From Myxococcota bacterium (GTDB lineage: Bacteria > Myxococcota_A > UBA796 > GCA-2862545), in assembly GCA_039208735.1 (NCBI GenBank), contig JBCCQY010000178.1, positions 1-18,918 of the forward strand: a stretch of 18,918 nt of DNA, given 5' to 3'. The position numbers and the translations under genes were made by a program. A model generated the notes under the pieces. The model saw nothing but the letters and a program-made list of their open reading frames with translations, did not search any database and was not told where the DNA came from. This document shows positions 7,280-15,781 of this stretch, piece after piece (the stretch's first letter is position 1; every line of letters begins with the position of its first letter).

Positions 7280-8026
7280 TCACCGAATGCGGTCGAAGAG
7301 CCGCACGAGCGCCTCCAGCAATCCACTGACGGTGTGAGGCCTCGCGACCGCCGCCACCTCCAGACCGAACCGATGGGCGACCTGGGCGGTCGAGGGCCCC
7401 AAGCAGACGATCCGACCCGCTCGGCGACGCTCCCGTTCGCTCAGCGCATCGGCGAGTCGCTCGGCAGCGGAGCCTGACAACAACGTCGTGGCGGCGACAG
7501 GCAGGATGTTCCGTAGTCGGCTCTCGTAGCCCTCGGGAGCCACGTTCTCGTACGCCACGACGTCGAGCAATTCCGCCCCCGCGGCCCTCAGCGCGTCCCG
7601 AGTGCTCGGACTCGCAAGGTCAGCACGGGGATAAAGCACCTTTTGCCCCGTGAGATCGCCTAGGGCATCTACAAGATGGGCCGCCGTGGCTTGCTCGGGC
7701 ACGACGTCGACGGGAAACCCGATCTGCTGCATCTTCGCTGCGGTGGTGGGCCCTACCGCGGCCCATCGGGCTTCCGGCCACCGATCGGGGGCGGCCGTCG
7801 CCAAGATCTGGGCCGCGGTCCCGCTCGTGACGACCACCCAATCGATGTCGGGGTTGGCCTTCGCTGTCTCGGCCACCGCATCGACGCACCAACGGCGAAG
7901 GAGGAGGGGCACCACTACGGGTTCAAACCCCGCGCGGGACAGTGCGTGCGCGAGGCTGCTCGCGTCCTCGGCAGGCCGCGTCACGAGGATCCGCGGCTTG
8001 CCAATGGAAGAGGCGAAACCGTCCAT
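7280..8026 (-). CDS. hemD: Uroporphyrinogen-III synthase
   Basis: ILVTRP, DWVVVTS, AAVGPTTA, VDVVPE, VLYPRAD, VVAYEN, CLGPSTA: the typical two-domain HemD motifs. Confidence 0.92.
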   Translation of the reverse strand: MDGFASSIGKPRILVTRPAEDASSLAHALSRAGFEPVVVPLLLRRWCVDAVAETAKANPDIDWVVVTSGTAAQILATAAPDRWPEARWAAVGPTTAAKMQQIGFPVDVVPEQATAAHLVDALGDLTGQKVLYPRADLASPSTRDALRAAGAELLDVVAYENVAPEGYESRLRNILPVAATTLLSGSAAERLADALSERERRRAGRIVCLGPSTAQVAHRFGLEVAAVARPHTVSGLLEALVRLFDRIR

Positions 8027-8035
8027 ACCCCCGAG

Positions 8036-9187
8036 CTATTCGATCGGGCGCTGCTTGGCGAGATCCTTGACCATGTTCTTCTGGTGGGCCTCGAGCGTGC
8101 CTCCACCAATTTCAAGCAGCTTGGCATCCCGCCACAGCCGCTGCACCGGGTACTCCATGCAGTAGCCGGCCCCGCCCATCACCTGCATCGCGTAGTCCGC
8201 GACGGTCTTGCCCACCGGGGCCGCAAACAGCTTCGCCGCGTCAGAGCCGATCCGGTTGCGCTGCTCGGGGCCCACTTCCTGGGCCACCCGGTAGGTCAAC
8301 GCCTTCGCCGCCTCGGTCATGGCGTAGCCGTCGGCGATGTAGCGCTGGATCTGGCCAAAATGCATGATCGGCTCGCCAAACGCCACCCGGCGCTGGCCGT
8401 AGTCGATCATGATGTCGACACAGCGATCGGCGATCCCCACGCTCATCGCGGCCAGGGTCAGCCGCTCGATCTCGAGGTTCCGCATCATGTGGGTGATGCC
8501 CTGTCCCGGTTCACCAAGCAAATTCTTGGCAGGAACACGGCAATCGTCGAAGATCAGTTCACCCATGGTCGACGCGCGCATGCCGACCTTGTCGATCTTC
8601 TGACTCGTCGAGAACCCAGGGCAATCGCGGTCGACGATGAAGGCCGAGATCCGGCCATCGATCTTCGCGTAGACGAGAAAGCAAAACCCGTCGGTGGCAT
8701 TCGTGATGTACGTCTTCGTTCCGTTGAGGATGAAGTTGTCGCCGTCGTGCACGGCCGTGGTGGACATGCCAAGCACGTCGGTGCCTGCGCCCGGCTCAGT
8801 CATCCCCATGCCCGCGATCCACTCGCCGGACAAGACCTTTCCAAGGTACTTTTCACGCTGCTCATCGTTCGATACGTAGAAGAAGTTGTTCACGAACAAC
8901 ATCGCGTGCGCAAGGTAGGCCAGGCAGAACCCAGGGTCGCACTTCGAAAGTTCGTGATGGACAATGACCGCGGCGGTCGCGTCCATGCCTCCACCGCCCG
9001 CTTCAAGCGGAATGGTGATGCCGTGCAGCCCAACCTCACCGGCTTTGCGCATCAGCTCGAGATTGAGGGTGCCGAGTTTGTCCTGTTCTTCGGCCTGAGG
9101 CTCCACCTCCTGCCACGCGAAGCCACGCACGAGGTCGCGCAAGGCTTCGTGCTCTTCGGTGGGATTGAACAGATCGGTCGTGGTCAC
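8036..9187 (-). CDS. Acyl-CoA dehydrogenase, isovaleryl-CoA dehydrogenase-like
   Basis: GMTEPGAGTDV, LNGTKTYITN, KVGMRAS, LEIERLTLA (catalytic Glu position as in IVD/LCAD), WRDAKLLEIGGGT. Start at GTG 9187 with GGGGAGG RBS; the track start 9301 is over-extended. Confidence 0.92.
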   Translation of the reverse strand: MTTTDLFNPTEEHEALRDLVRGFAWQEVEPQAEEQDKLGTLNLELMRKAGEVGLHGITIPLEAGGGGMDATAAVIVHHELSKCDPGFCLAYLAHAMLFVNNFFYVSNDEQREKYLGKVLSGEWIAGMGMTEPGAGTDVLGMSTTAVHDGDNFILNGTKTYITNATDGFCFLVYAKIDGRISAFIVDRDCPGFSTSQKIDKVGMRASTMGELIFDDCRVPAKNLLGEPGQGITHMMRNLEIERLTLAAMSVGIADRCVDIMIDYGQRRVAFGEPIMHFGQIQRYIADGYAMTEAAKALTYRVAQEVGPEQRNRIGSDAAKLFAAPVGKTVADYAMQVMGGAGYCMEYPVQRLWRDAKLLEIGGGTLEAHQKNMVKDLAKQRPIE

Positions 9188-9312
9188 GAAGACCTCCCCA
9201 TGGATGGATGTTCGTTCGTTGGAATGCGGCGTGCGATACCCAACGGGGGGAGTAGGCATGGGCGCACGTCCATCACGAAGGACGTGGCTCGGTGCCCCCA
9301 TGGGAGCGCACG

Positions 9313-11958
9313 TTGGCGAAGACCTTGTACCTGGTGGACGGAAGCAACCACGCTTTTCGAGTGCAGTTTGCTCTGCCTCCGCAGCACGCTTCGGACGGGT
9401 TCCCTACACGTGTCCTGTATGGATTCACGTTGCTCTTTCAGAAGATGATGAACGCGTATCGACCTGACTACTGCGTTGTCAGCTTCGATTCGGGAAAATC
9501 GTTCCGTCACGAGACGTTTCCAGATTACAAGGGCCATCGACCCGACATGCCTGGCGACATGGCTCGGCAGTGGGAATGGCTCCCCCGGCTCGTCGAAGGG
9601 TTTGGTTACCCCTGCATTCAGCGGGACGGATTTGAGGCAGACGACGTCCTCGGGACCCTCGCTCGCAAATTCGCCAGCGACGACCTCGATGTTTACATCG
9701 TTTCGTCCGATAAGGACTTCTCTCAACTCCTGGGACCGCACGTCCATCTCCTCGACGAGGGGCGGGCCGGCAAGGTGTACCGCGCGAGTCAAATCGGAGA
9801 GAAGTTCAAGCTCGGAGACGGCGTGGTCATCGAGCCCGAGCAAGTGGTCGATCTGTTGGCCCTGTCGGGCGATACAACTGACAATATTCCCGGTGTGCCC
9901 GGCATCGGAGACAAGACCGCCGCCAAGTTGCTGCTGCAACACGGGTCGCTCGAGGCCATCCTCCAAGCGGCCGTGGATGGCAACATCAAGGGGAAGCGCG
10001 GGCAGAACCTGCAGGAGCACGCCGACAACGCGCGGCTCTCGCGGGAGTTGGTCACCATCAAGACCGACCTCGACATCGACGTGACGCTCGACGACCTGGC
10101 TCCCAAGGGCGTTCAGGAGGTCCCGCTCCGCCAGATGTTCGACGACTGGGAGTTCATGGACGTCGCGACCAAGCTGCTGCCTCACAAGGTCGCGGTCGAC
10201 AAGTCCGTGTACCGCGGCATCGGCACCGAAGCGGAACTCGAAGCGCTGATGACGAAGCTTCGTGGTGCGGGCCGCTTTGGGGTGTCGCTTAGAACCACCG
10301 ACACCAAACCCGAGACGGCCAAGTTGCTCGGCGTGGGCTTTGCACTCGACAATGACGTCCCCTACGTCCCCCTGGTGCCCCGCAATGGGGTGGACTTCGA
10401 CGTGGAGACCGCGACAAAGACCGTCCTGACCCTCTTGGCGGATCCCTCTCTCGAGAAGGTGGGTTTCGACCTCAAGCGAACCCTGCGGGTGTGCCAAGCC
10501 CTGGGTTTCGACCTGCCAGGGATTGCGGGCGACATTGAGCTGCTCGACTACGTCCTGGTCGCCCACCGTCGCACGCATGGGCTCAAGGAGATCGCCAAGC
10601 GGCACCTCGGCCACAACCTCGCCTATGCGCCCGCGAGCGAGCCTCTGATGCTCAAAGATGTCGTGGACTTCGCAGCAGAGCCCGCCCATCTCGCGTGGTT
10701 GCTCGAACGCAAGCTCGACCGCCGCCTTGGTAAGGGCACGCGTCGCATCTACGAGACCATCGAACTGCCCCTGGTCCCCGTCCTCGCTGACATGGAGCGA
10801 ACCGGCATCGCACTCGACAAGGACGTGATGAAGGAGATCATGGCCGACATCGGCAAGCGCGTGCTCGAAAAGGAGAAGGCCTGCCACGAAATCCTCGGCC
10901 GTCCCTTCAAGGTCGGATCGCCAAAGGAGGTGGCTGAGATCTTGTTTACGGAACTCAAGCTTCCCAAGAGCAAGCGCACGAAAACCGGCTATTCAACGGA
11001 TGCTTCGGTCCTCGAAAAACTGTCGGAGCATCACGCGCTGCCGCAAGCGATCCTCGACTGGCGATCGCTGCAGAAACTTGAGAGCACCTACCTGCGTACC
11101 CTTCCAAACTTCGTCGCCGCCGATGGGCGCATCCACACGACCTTCAACCAGGCGGTGGCCGCCACCGGGCGACTCTCCTCCCAAGATCCCAACCTCCAGA
11201 ACATCCCCGTGCGGACCTTCGAAGGACGCCGCATCCGCGATGGTTTCGTGGCGACCGAAGGCAATGTCCTGATGTCGGCGGACTACAGCCAGGTCGAACT
11301 GCGGGTGCTCGCGCACTTTTGTGGCTCGGGAGCGCTGGTGGAGTCGTTTCGCAATGAGGAGGACATCCACCGCAGGACAGCGTCCGAAGTCTTTGGCGTG
11401 CCGATGGAAGAGGTCTCCGCCGAACAACGCACCGCGGCCAAGGCCATCAACTTCGGCCTCATGTATGGGATGAGTGCCTTCCGGTTGGGTCGCGACCTCG
11501 ACATTGCCCGCGAAGATGCCCAGAAGTACATGGACGACTACTTCGGCCGCATTCCGCAGGTTTCGGCTTGGATCGAGGCCACAAAGGAGCAAGCCCGCGA
11601 CGTGGGGTACGTCGAGACGTTATTCGGGCGGCGGCGGCTCATCCCCGACATCTACAGTCGGGACTATGGCGACCGGATGGCCGCCGAACGAGAAGCCGTC
11701 AACACGGTGGTTCAGGGAACCGCCGCTGACCTCATCAAACGTGCGATGATCCGTGTGCACGCCGCCCTCGCAGACCAGGGGTTCCAGGCCAAGTTGCTCT
11801 TGCAAGTCCACGACGAATTGCTGCTTGAAGTTCCCAAGGAGGAAGTCGAGGCGATCCAGCAACTCGTGAAAGAGCAGATGATGGGGGTCGCCGATCTCCT
11901 CGTGCCACTCGAGGTCCAGATCGGAACCGGCCACAACTGGAACGATGCACACGGCTGA
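9313..11958 (+). CDS. polA: DNA polymerase I
   Basis: 5'-3' exonuclease motifs (LVDGS, YKGHR, EADD, DKD, GDTTDNIPGVPGIG), TGRLSS.DPNLQNIP, motif A ADYSQVELR, motif B KAINFGLMYG, motif C QVHDEL. TTG start at 9313 after GGGAG. Confidence 0.98.
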   Translation: MAKTLYLVDGSNHAFRVQFALPPQHASDGFPTRVLYGFTLLFQKMMNAYRPDYCVVSFDSGKSFRHETFPDYKGHRPDMPGDMARQWEWLPRLVEGFGYPCIQRDGFEADDVLGTLARKFASDDLDVYIVSSDKDFSQLLGPHVHLLDEGRAGKVYRASQIGEKFKLGDGVVIEPEQVVDLLALSGDTTDNIPGVPGIGDKTAAKLLLQHGSLEAILQAAVDGNIKGKRGQNLQEHADNARLSRELVTIKTDLDIDVTLDDLAPKGVQEVPLRQMFDDWEFMDVATKLLPHKVAVDKSVYRGIGTEAELEALMTKLRGAGRFGVSLRTTDTKPETAKLLGVGFALDNDVPYVPLVPRNGVDFDVETATKTVLTLLADPSLEKVGFDLKRTLRVCQALGFDLPGIAGDIELLDYVLVAHRRTHGLKEIAKRHLGHNLAYAPASEPLMLKDVVDFAAEPAHLAWLLERKLDRRLGKGTRRIYETIELPLVPVLADMERTGIALDKDVMKEIMADIGKRVLEKEKACHEILGRPFKVGSPKEVAEILFTELKLPKSKRTKTGYSTDASVLEKLSEHHALPQAILDWRSLQKLESTYLRTLPNFVAADGRIHTTFNQAVAATGRLSSQDPNLQNIPVRTFEGRRIRDGFVATEGNVLMSADYSQVELRVLAHFCGSGALVESFRNEEDIHRRTASEVFGVPMEEVSAEQRTAAKAINFGLMYGMSAFRLGRDLDIAREDAQKYMDDYFGRIPQVSAWIEATKEQARDVGYVETLFGRRRLIPDIYSRDYGDRMAAEREAVNTVVQGTAADLIKRAMIRVHAALADQGFQAKLLLQVHDELLLEVPKEEVEAIQQLVKEQMMGVADLLVPLEVQIGTGHNWNDAHG

Positions 11959-11988
11959 CGGGTTTACGCGATGTCCTCGGGAGACAGC

Positions 11989-12612
11989 ATGAGCAACACG
12001 GTCGTCGATGACCGAACCGCCAGCCGAGAAGAAGACCTCGCGATGATCGAGGCGGTTCTCGAAGGCGACGGCACCGCTTACCGCGGCCTGGTCGAGAAGT
12101 ACCAGGAGCGCGTCTACGCGATGGTCTACGGCATGATCCGGAACCGCGAGGACGCCCGCGATCTCACTCAGGAAGCCTTCGTCAAGGCGTTCCGAAAACT
12201 CTCGTCGTTCCGCAAGGAATCCGGGTTCTACACTTGGCTCTACCGCATTGCCATGAACCTGGCGGTGGACTTCACCCGTTCCCGCAAGCGGCGTGAAACC
12301 GCGGGTTTCGACGAGGGCGTGGCCACGCGAGACAGCTCGGGCAACGTGGCCGAGTTGCACCACGGGGACAGTCCGGCGAAGCGCATCGAACGTCAACAGC
12401 TGTTCGAACAGATCATGGGCGCGATGGAGAAACTGTCAGAAGACCAGAAGCAGGTGGTGCTGCTTCGGGAACTCGAAGGTCTGTCCTACAAAGAGATCGC
12501 CGACATCATGGAGATTCCCGAGGGCACGGTGATGTCGCGACTGTTCTATGCTCGCAAGAAGCTGCAGAAGCTGCTGCAGTCCGAAGGCATTCCGAACCCG
12601 GCGGAGGCCTGA
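11989..12612 (+). CDS. ECF (sigma-70 group 4) RNA polymerase sigma factor, RpoE-like
   Basis: Region 2: DARDLTQEAFVKAFRKLSSFRKESGFYTWLYRIAMN. Region 4: LSYKEIADIMEIPEGTVMSRLFYAR. ATG 11989 follows GGGAG; ATG 11971 is an alternative. Confidence 0.95.
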   Translation: MSNTVVDDRTASREEDLAMIEAVLEGDGTAYRGLVEKYQERVYAMVYGMIRNREDARDLTQEAFVKAFRKLSSFRKESGFYTWLYRIAMNLAVDFTRSRKRRETAGFDEGVATRDSSGNVAELHHGDSPAKRIERQQLFEQIMGAMEKLSEDQKQVVLLRELEGLSYKEIADIMEIPEGTVMSRLFYARKKLQKLLQSEGIPNPAEA

Positions 12613-12690
12613 TGCCCGCAAACTCAACCTCGATTTCATCGAATGCCCGAACCGGTTCGCGCGTCAGACAGAGCAACCTGGACTCCGACC

Positions 12691-13605
12691 ATGAATGAAC
12701 TCCTTCCTTTGCTGCGACGCATTCGTGATGGCCACGCTGACGCTGACGACGTGCACAAGGCACGTGCGCTCGTCGCGAACGATGCCCGTCTGGATCCCGA
12801 ACTCCGCGAAATCGCGCTGACGGATGCCGAGGACCTCGCCGGTGATGCGGCAGGCCTGCTCGCCGTCCTCGGGGCTGACGACTTGGGACCGCTCCTGGCG
12901 GAAGCGATCGCATTCGAAGGAGGGCGAGCGCCTCCGGCCGAGTCCATCGAAGCTGACGAACTCGACGCCCAAACCTGGACGTATGGCCCCCAGGTGGCCG
13001 AAGCCGTGGCGCACGAAGCGGGTCCGGTCGACGTGGTCGAACCGGTGCTTGAGGGCTGTGCGCTGGCGGAATCCTGGTCGAGTGCGCAGGTCGCGCATGC
13101 CGTCCGGTTTGAGGCAGGCGCAATCGATGTTGTCGCCCCGGTTCTGGCGGCCTGTGGGCTCCAAGAACCCGCTCTCCCCGTCGCCGAAGCCGTGCGCGAC
13201 GAAGCCGGTTCGATGGCCATTGCTGACGCGGTCGTCCGCTGGTCCGACATCGACCTGGGCGCAGCCGTCCGCGCGGCAGCGGGACCCGTCAACGTGGTCG
13301 CCGCCGTCATGCAAGAGGTCGGTAATCCCCTGCCGAACGCGGTGGTCCAGCCTGCTGAGCCGTCACTCGTTCCGGCCAACGACACCCGAGCTTTTGCGGC
13401 GGTAGGCTTGCTTTTGGCCGCTGCGGTGGCGCTTTTCGTTTCGTTGGCGGGCATCGACACCGCCCCAACCGAACTCCCTCCCATGGTGTTCGCCCACGCC
13501 GATGAGGTCGTGGTGGAAGATCTGACGTCAGACGGGAACGTCTTCATGCTGCAGGGCGACGGCCAAGACGGTGCCGTTATCCTGTGGATCGACGAGGAAA
13601 GCTGA
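12691..13605 (+). CDS. Putative membrane-anchored anti-sigma factor with internal tandem repeats
   Basis: Directly downstream of the ECF sigma. Helical N-terminus (LLRRIRDG..D...ARALV.ND), repeats of VAEAVRxEAGxxDVVxxV, one TM helix (AFAAVGLLLAAAVALFVSLAG), and a short beta-rich C-terminus ending VILWIDEES. Start could be 12643 or 12691. Confidence 0.7.
   Translation: MNELLPLLRRIRDGHADADDVHKARALVANDARLDPELREIALTDAEDLAGDAAGLLAVLGADDLGPLLAEAIAFEGGRAPPAESIEADELDAQTWTYGPQVAEAVAHEAGPVDVVEPVLEGCALAESWSSAQVAHAVRFEAGAIDVVAPVLAACGLQEPALPVAEAVRDEAGSMAIADAVVRWSDIDLGAAVRAAAGPVNVVAAVMQEVGNPLPNAVVQPAEPSLVPANDTRAFAAVGLLLAAAVALFVSLAGIDTAPTELPPMVFAHADEVVVEDLTSDGNVFMLQGDGQDGAVILWIDEES
12895..13323 (+). repeat. 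Intragenic repeats of ~25-32 aa (4 copies plus 1 partial)
   Basis: LAEAIAFEGG (partial); VAEAVAHEAGPVDVVEPVLEGCAL; VAHAVRFEAGAIDVVAPVLAACGL; VAEAVRDEAGSMAIADAVVRW; LGAAVRAAAGPVNVVAAVMQEVG. Confidence 0.85.
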
Positions 13606-14093
13606 TGCCGAAGATGCTCGCCCGAGTGTGCGTTGCCGGTCTGCTCGCCTTGGGGCTGGCCACTGCACCCACGACCAGTCAGGCCCAGCCAACCGACAAG
13701 GTGCAGCCTGCGCCGGCTCCGCACACCGGCAAGGTCGAGGTTTCGGTCATGGTCGTCCATGCCACCGATGCCGGCCAGGTGGATCCCCGCCTTGAGAGCT
13801 TGAAACAACAGTTCAAGATCATGAGGTTCAAGGGGTTCAACCTCATGTCCACGAGCACGGAGAAGCTTTCGGATGGACAGTCCGTTCAGGTCAACGTGAC
13901 CGGCGGGAACAAGGTTCGGGTGAGGCTCCTGGACCGAACGCCGGCCCAGGCCCGGATCCGCATCGAGCTGTACCGAGACAACGACAAGCGCCTCGACACG
14001 ACGATTCGCATTCCGCGGAACCGGACCTTCCTCGTCGGCGGTCCCAAGCATGACGACGGACTCCTCGTGTTCCCCATCTCGGTCACCTACTGA
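13605..14093 (+). CDS. Secreted hypothetical protein (beta-rich), third gene of the ECF module
   Basis: TGATG stop/start overlap with the anti-sigma gene. Signal-peptide-like N-terminus (MPKMLARVCVAGLLALGLATAPTTSQA). Mature region of alternating beta-strand pattern (VEVSVMVVHA, VDPRL, FLVGGP). Confidence 0.8.
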   Translation: MPKMLARVCVAGLLALGLATAPTTSQAQPTDKVQPAPAPHTGKVEVSVMVVHATDAGQVDPRLESLKQQFKIMRFKGFNLMSTSTEKLSDGQSVQVNVTGGNKVRVRLLDRTPAQARIRIELYRDNDKRLDTTIRIPRNRTFLVGGPKHDDGLLVFPISVTY

Positions 14094-14177
14094 CCGCAGC
14101 CGCCTCCCGTGGAGGGGCTCGCATTGGCGGGCCTTGTCCGACGCGGTACATCCGCAAGGTTGTTTTGGAGGCTCTAT

Positions 14178-15764
14178 ATGCGGTGGTTTTGTTTGGGGGC
14201 GGTCGCATGCACCGCGCCCGCCTCGCTCAATCCTCGAGGCCCCGGCGGCGGCCAGAACCTGACGGGCACCGAAGACCCGTCCGAGACGAACCCGCCCGCC
14301 TATCCAACCGACGATGATTCCACGGACACGTTGCCCACCGACTCGGGTGAGCCGGCCACGGAGTTCGGCGTCGACGTGTTTTGGACCGCAAACTTCCCGC
14401 GGAGTTCGGTGTCGGTGCGCATCGCGGACCCTGAAGGTCGAACGGACTGGCTCTTTGGCTTGGCTGAGACCGAGGCAGGGGCTGCGGGATGGTTCGGTGA
14501 AGACTGCTTTGTCGGAACGGGCAGCGTCGCGCTGTGTCACCCAATTCCGGGCCGACGTCTCGAACTCCACCAGGGCGCGTTTGACGAGGTTGCCGAAGGC
14601 GAGCGGACCTTGCTTTGGTCCGACATGAACCTCACCTACTTCCTCGAAGATAGCGAAGGCGCCTGTTGGGTGTGGGGCCATGACCCGTCCTACTACGACG
14701 GACTAGGCTGTGAAATTCTCGAGAACCATCGCACCGGCTGGGTGCGACGCCAGGGGTGTTCGGGATTCTCGCCGGCCGACCCTGCCCCCTTGGGCAGTCG
14801 CGTCGCCCTTACGTTCGACGACGGGCCCCATCCCGTCGTCACCCCCGACATCTTGGCCACCCTTCGCGCCTACGACGTGCCCGCGACCTTCTTTATGGTG
14901 GGCGAAAACGTTGAAGCTTATCCTGATATCGTGCAGGACATTCTCGGGGACTCTCGTTTCGACGTCGCAAACCACAGCTTTGACCATCCCAATCTCGCCG
15001 CGATTTCGGATCAAGAAGCCCTCGATCAGGTCGAGATGACGCACCAAGCCCTCGTCGATGCAGGTGCCAACCCTCTTTTCTTCCGCTTTCCGTTCGGCGG
15101 GGCCCACTGCCGCATTGCCGACCGCGTGCGTGATGAGTTCGGCTACCAGATCGCAGGCTGGCACGCCGATACCGCAGATTGGTGCTACGCCTCCGGCGGA
15201 ACCTGCAGCAGCGCTGAGTATTGGCGGGTTCCGGCGGCCTACGCCAGCGACATGCGGGGGTTCCTTCGTGACCAATTGACCCGCTTTGACGGTGGAATCG
15301 TGCTCCTTCACGACATCCACACCAACACGGCCGACACGCTGTCCGACATCCTCGATGACATCGCAGATCTTGGCATGACCATCGTGCCGCTCACCGACCT
15401 TCAGACCTTCCCTCGCCTCAACCAAGGCGATCCCTACGATTTTCCTTGGGTTGGAGAGTCCTGCGACCCGAGCGCCGACACGTGTTGGCAGATCGAGTGG
15501 CGCAGCGTTTGCGAAGCCACAAACAACGGTGATGGCGTATGTGTCCTTCCGTGTGGCCGAGACAGCCAGTGCGTAGATCGGGATGGAGGAGCGCCCCTCC
15601 GCTGCGTCGACGCGGATCAGGGAAGCGAGGGCACCTGTTTGGCCCAAGCGAAGGACGTCAATGACGTCTGCGCCGACGTCCCTGGCACCTATGCGGATGG
15701 ATTACCGGCGTTTGCCACCTCCGATGGTTCAGGGGCCGACGTCTGTGTTCCGGGTCCCTGGTAG
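14178..15764 (+). CDS. Polysaccharide deacetylase (NodB/CE4) family protein, probable lipoprotein with extra Cys-rich domains
   Basis: CE4 motifs LTFDDGP, NHSFDHP, FRFPFG, DTADW, VLLHD. GGAGG RBS before ATG 14178, followed by lipobox-like AVAC. Cys-rich C-terminus. Confidence 0.88.
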   Translation: MRWFCLGAVACTAPASLNPRGPGGGQNLTGTEDPSETNPPAYPTDDDSTDTLPTDSGEPATEFGVDVFWTANFPRSSVSVRIADPEGRTDWLFGLAETEAGAAGWFGEDCFVGTGSVALCHPIPGRRLELHQGAFDEVAEGERTLLWSDMNLTYFLEDSEGACWVWGHDPSYYDGLGCEILENHRTGWVRRQGCSGFSPADPAPLGSRVALTFDDGPHPVVTPDILATLRAYDVPATFFMVGENVEAYPDIVQDILGDSRFDVANHSFDHPNLAAISDQEALDQVEMTHQALVDAGANPLFFRFPFGGAHCRIADRVRDEFGYQIAGWHADTADWCYASGGTCSSAEYWRVPAAYASDMRGFLRDQLTRFDGGIVLLHDIHTNTADTLSDILDDIADLGMTIVPLTDLQTFPRLNQGDPYDFPWVGESCDPSADTCWQIEWRSVCEATNNGDGVCVLPCGRDSQCVDRDGGAPLRCVDADQGSEGTCLAQAKDVNDVCADVPGTYADGLPAFATSDGSGADVCVPGPW

Positions 15765-15781
15765 GGCAAGTCCGCGCCGAC

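Noticed and set aside
6934..7477. Track ORFs 6934-7326 (-) and 7031-7477 (+)
   Set aside because: Both overlap pncA and hemD and have implausible composition. The 58-aa glycine-zipper frame explains the gap better.
7676..9448. 590-aa plus-strand ORF
   Set aside because: Antisense shadow of the acyl-CoA dehydrogenase and hemD genes, typical of GC-rich codon bias, with no protein motifs.
9184..10887. 567-aa minus-strand ORF
   Set aside because: Antisense shadow of polA.
12613..12690. Possible ECF-type promoter (GAAT-N17-CGTC) and palindrome CGAACCGGTTCG between sigma and anti-sigma genes
   Set aside because: The match is weak and short, with no second copy upstream of the sigma gene to support it.
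12636..14681. 681-aa minus-strand ORF
   Set aside because: It spans three well-supported plus-strand genes and has a low-complexity S/A/T/R composition.
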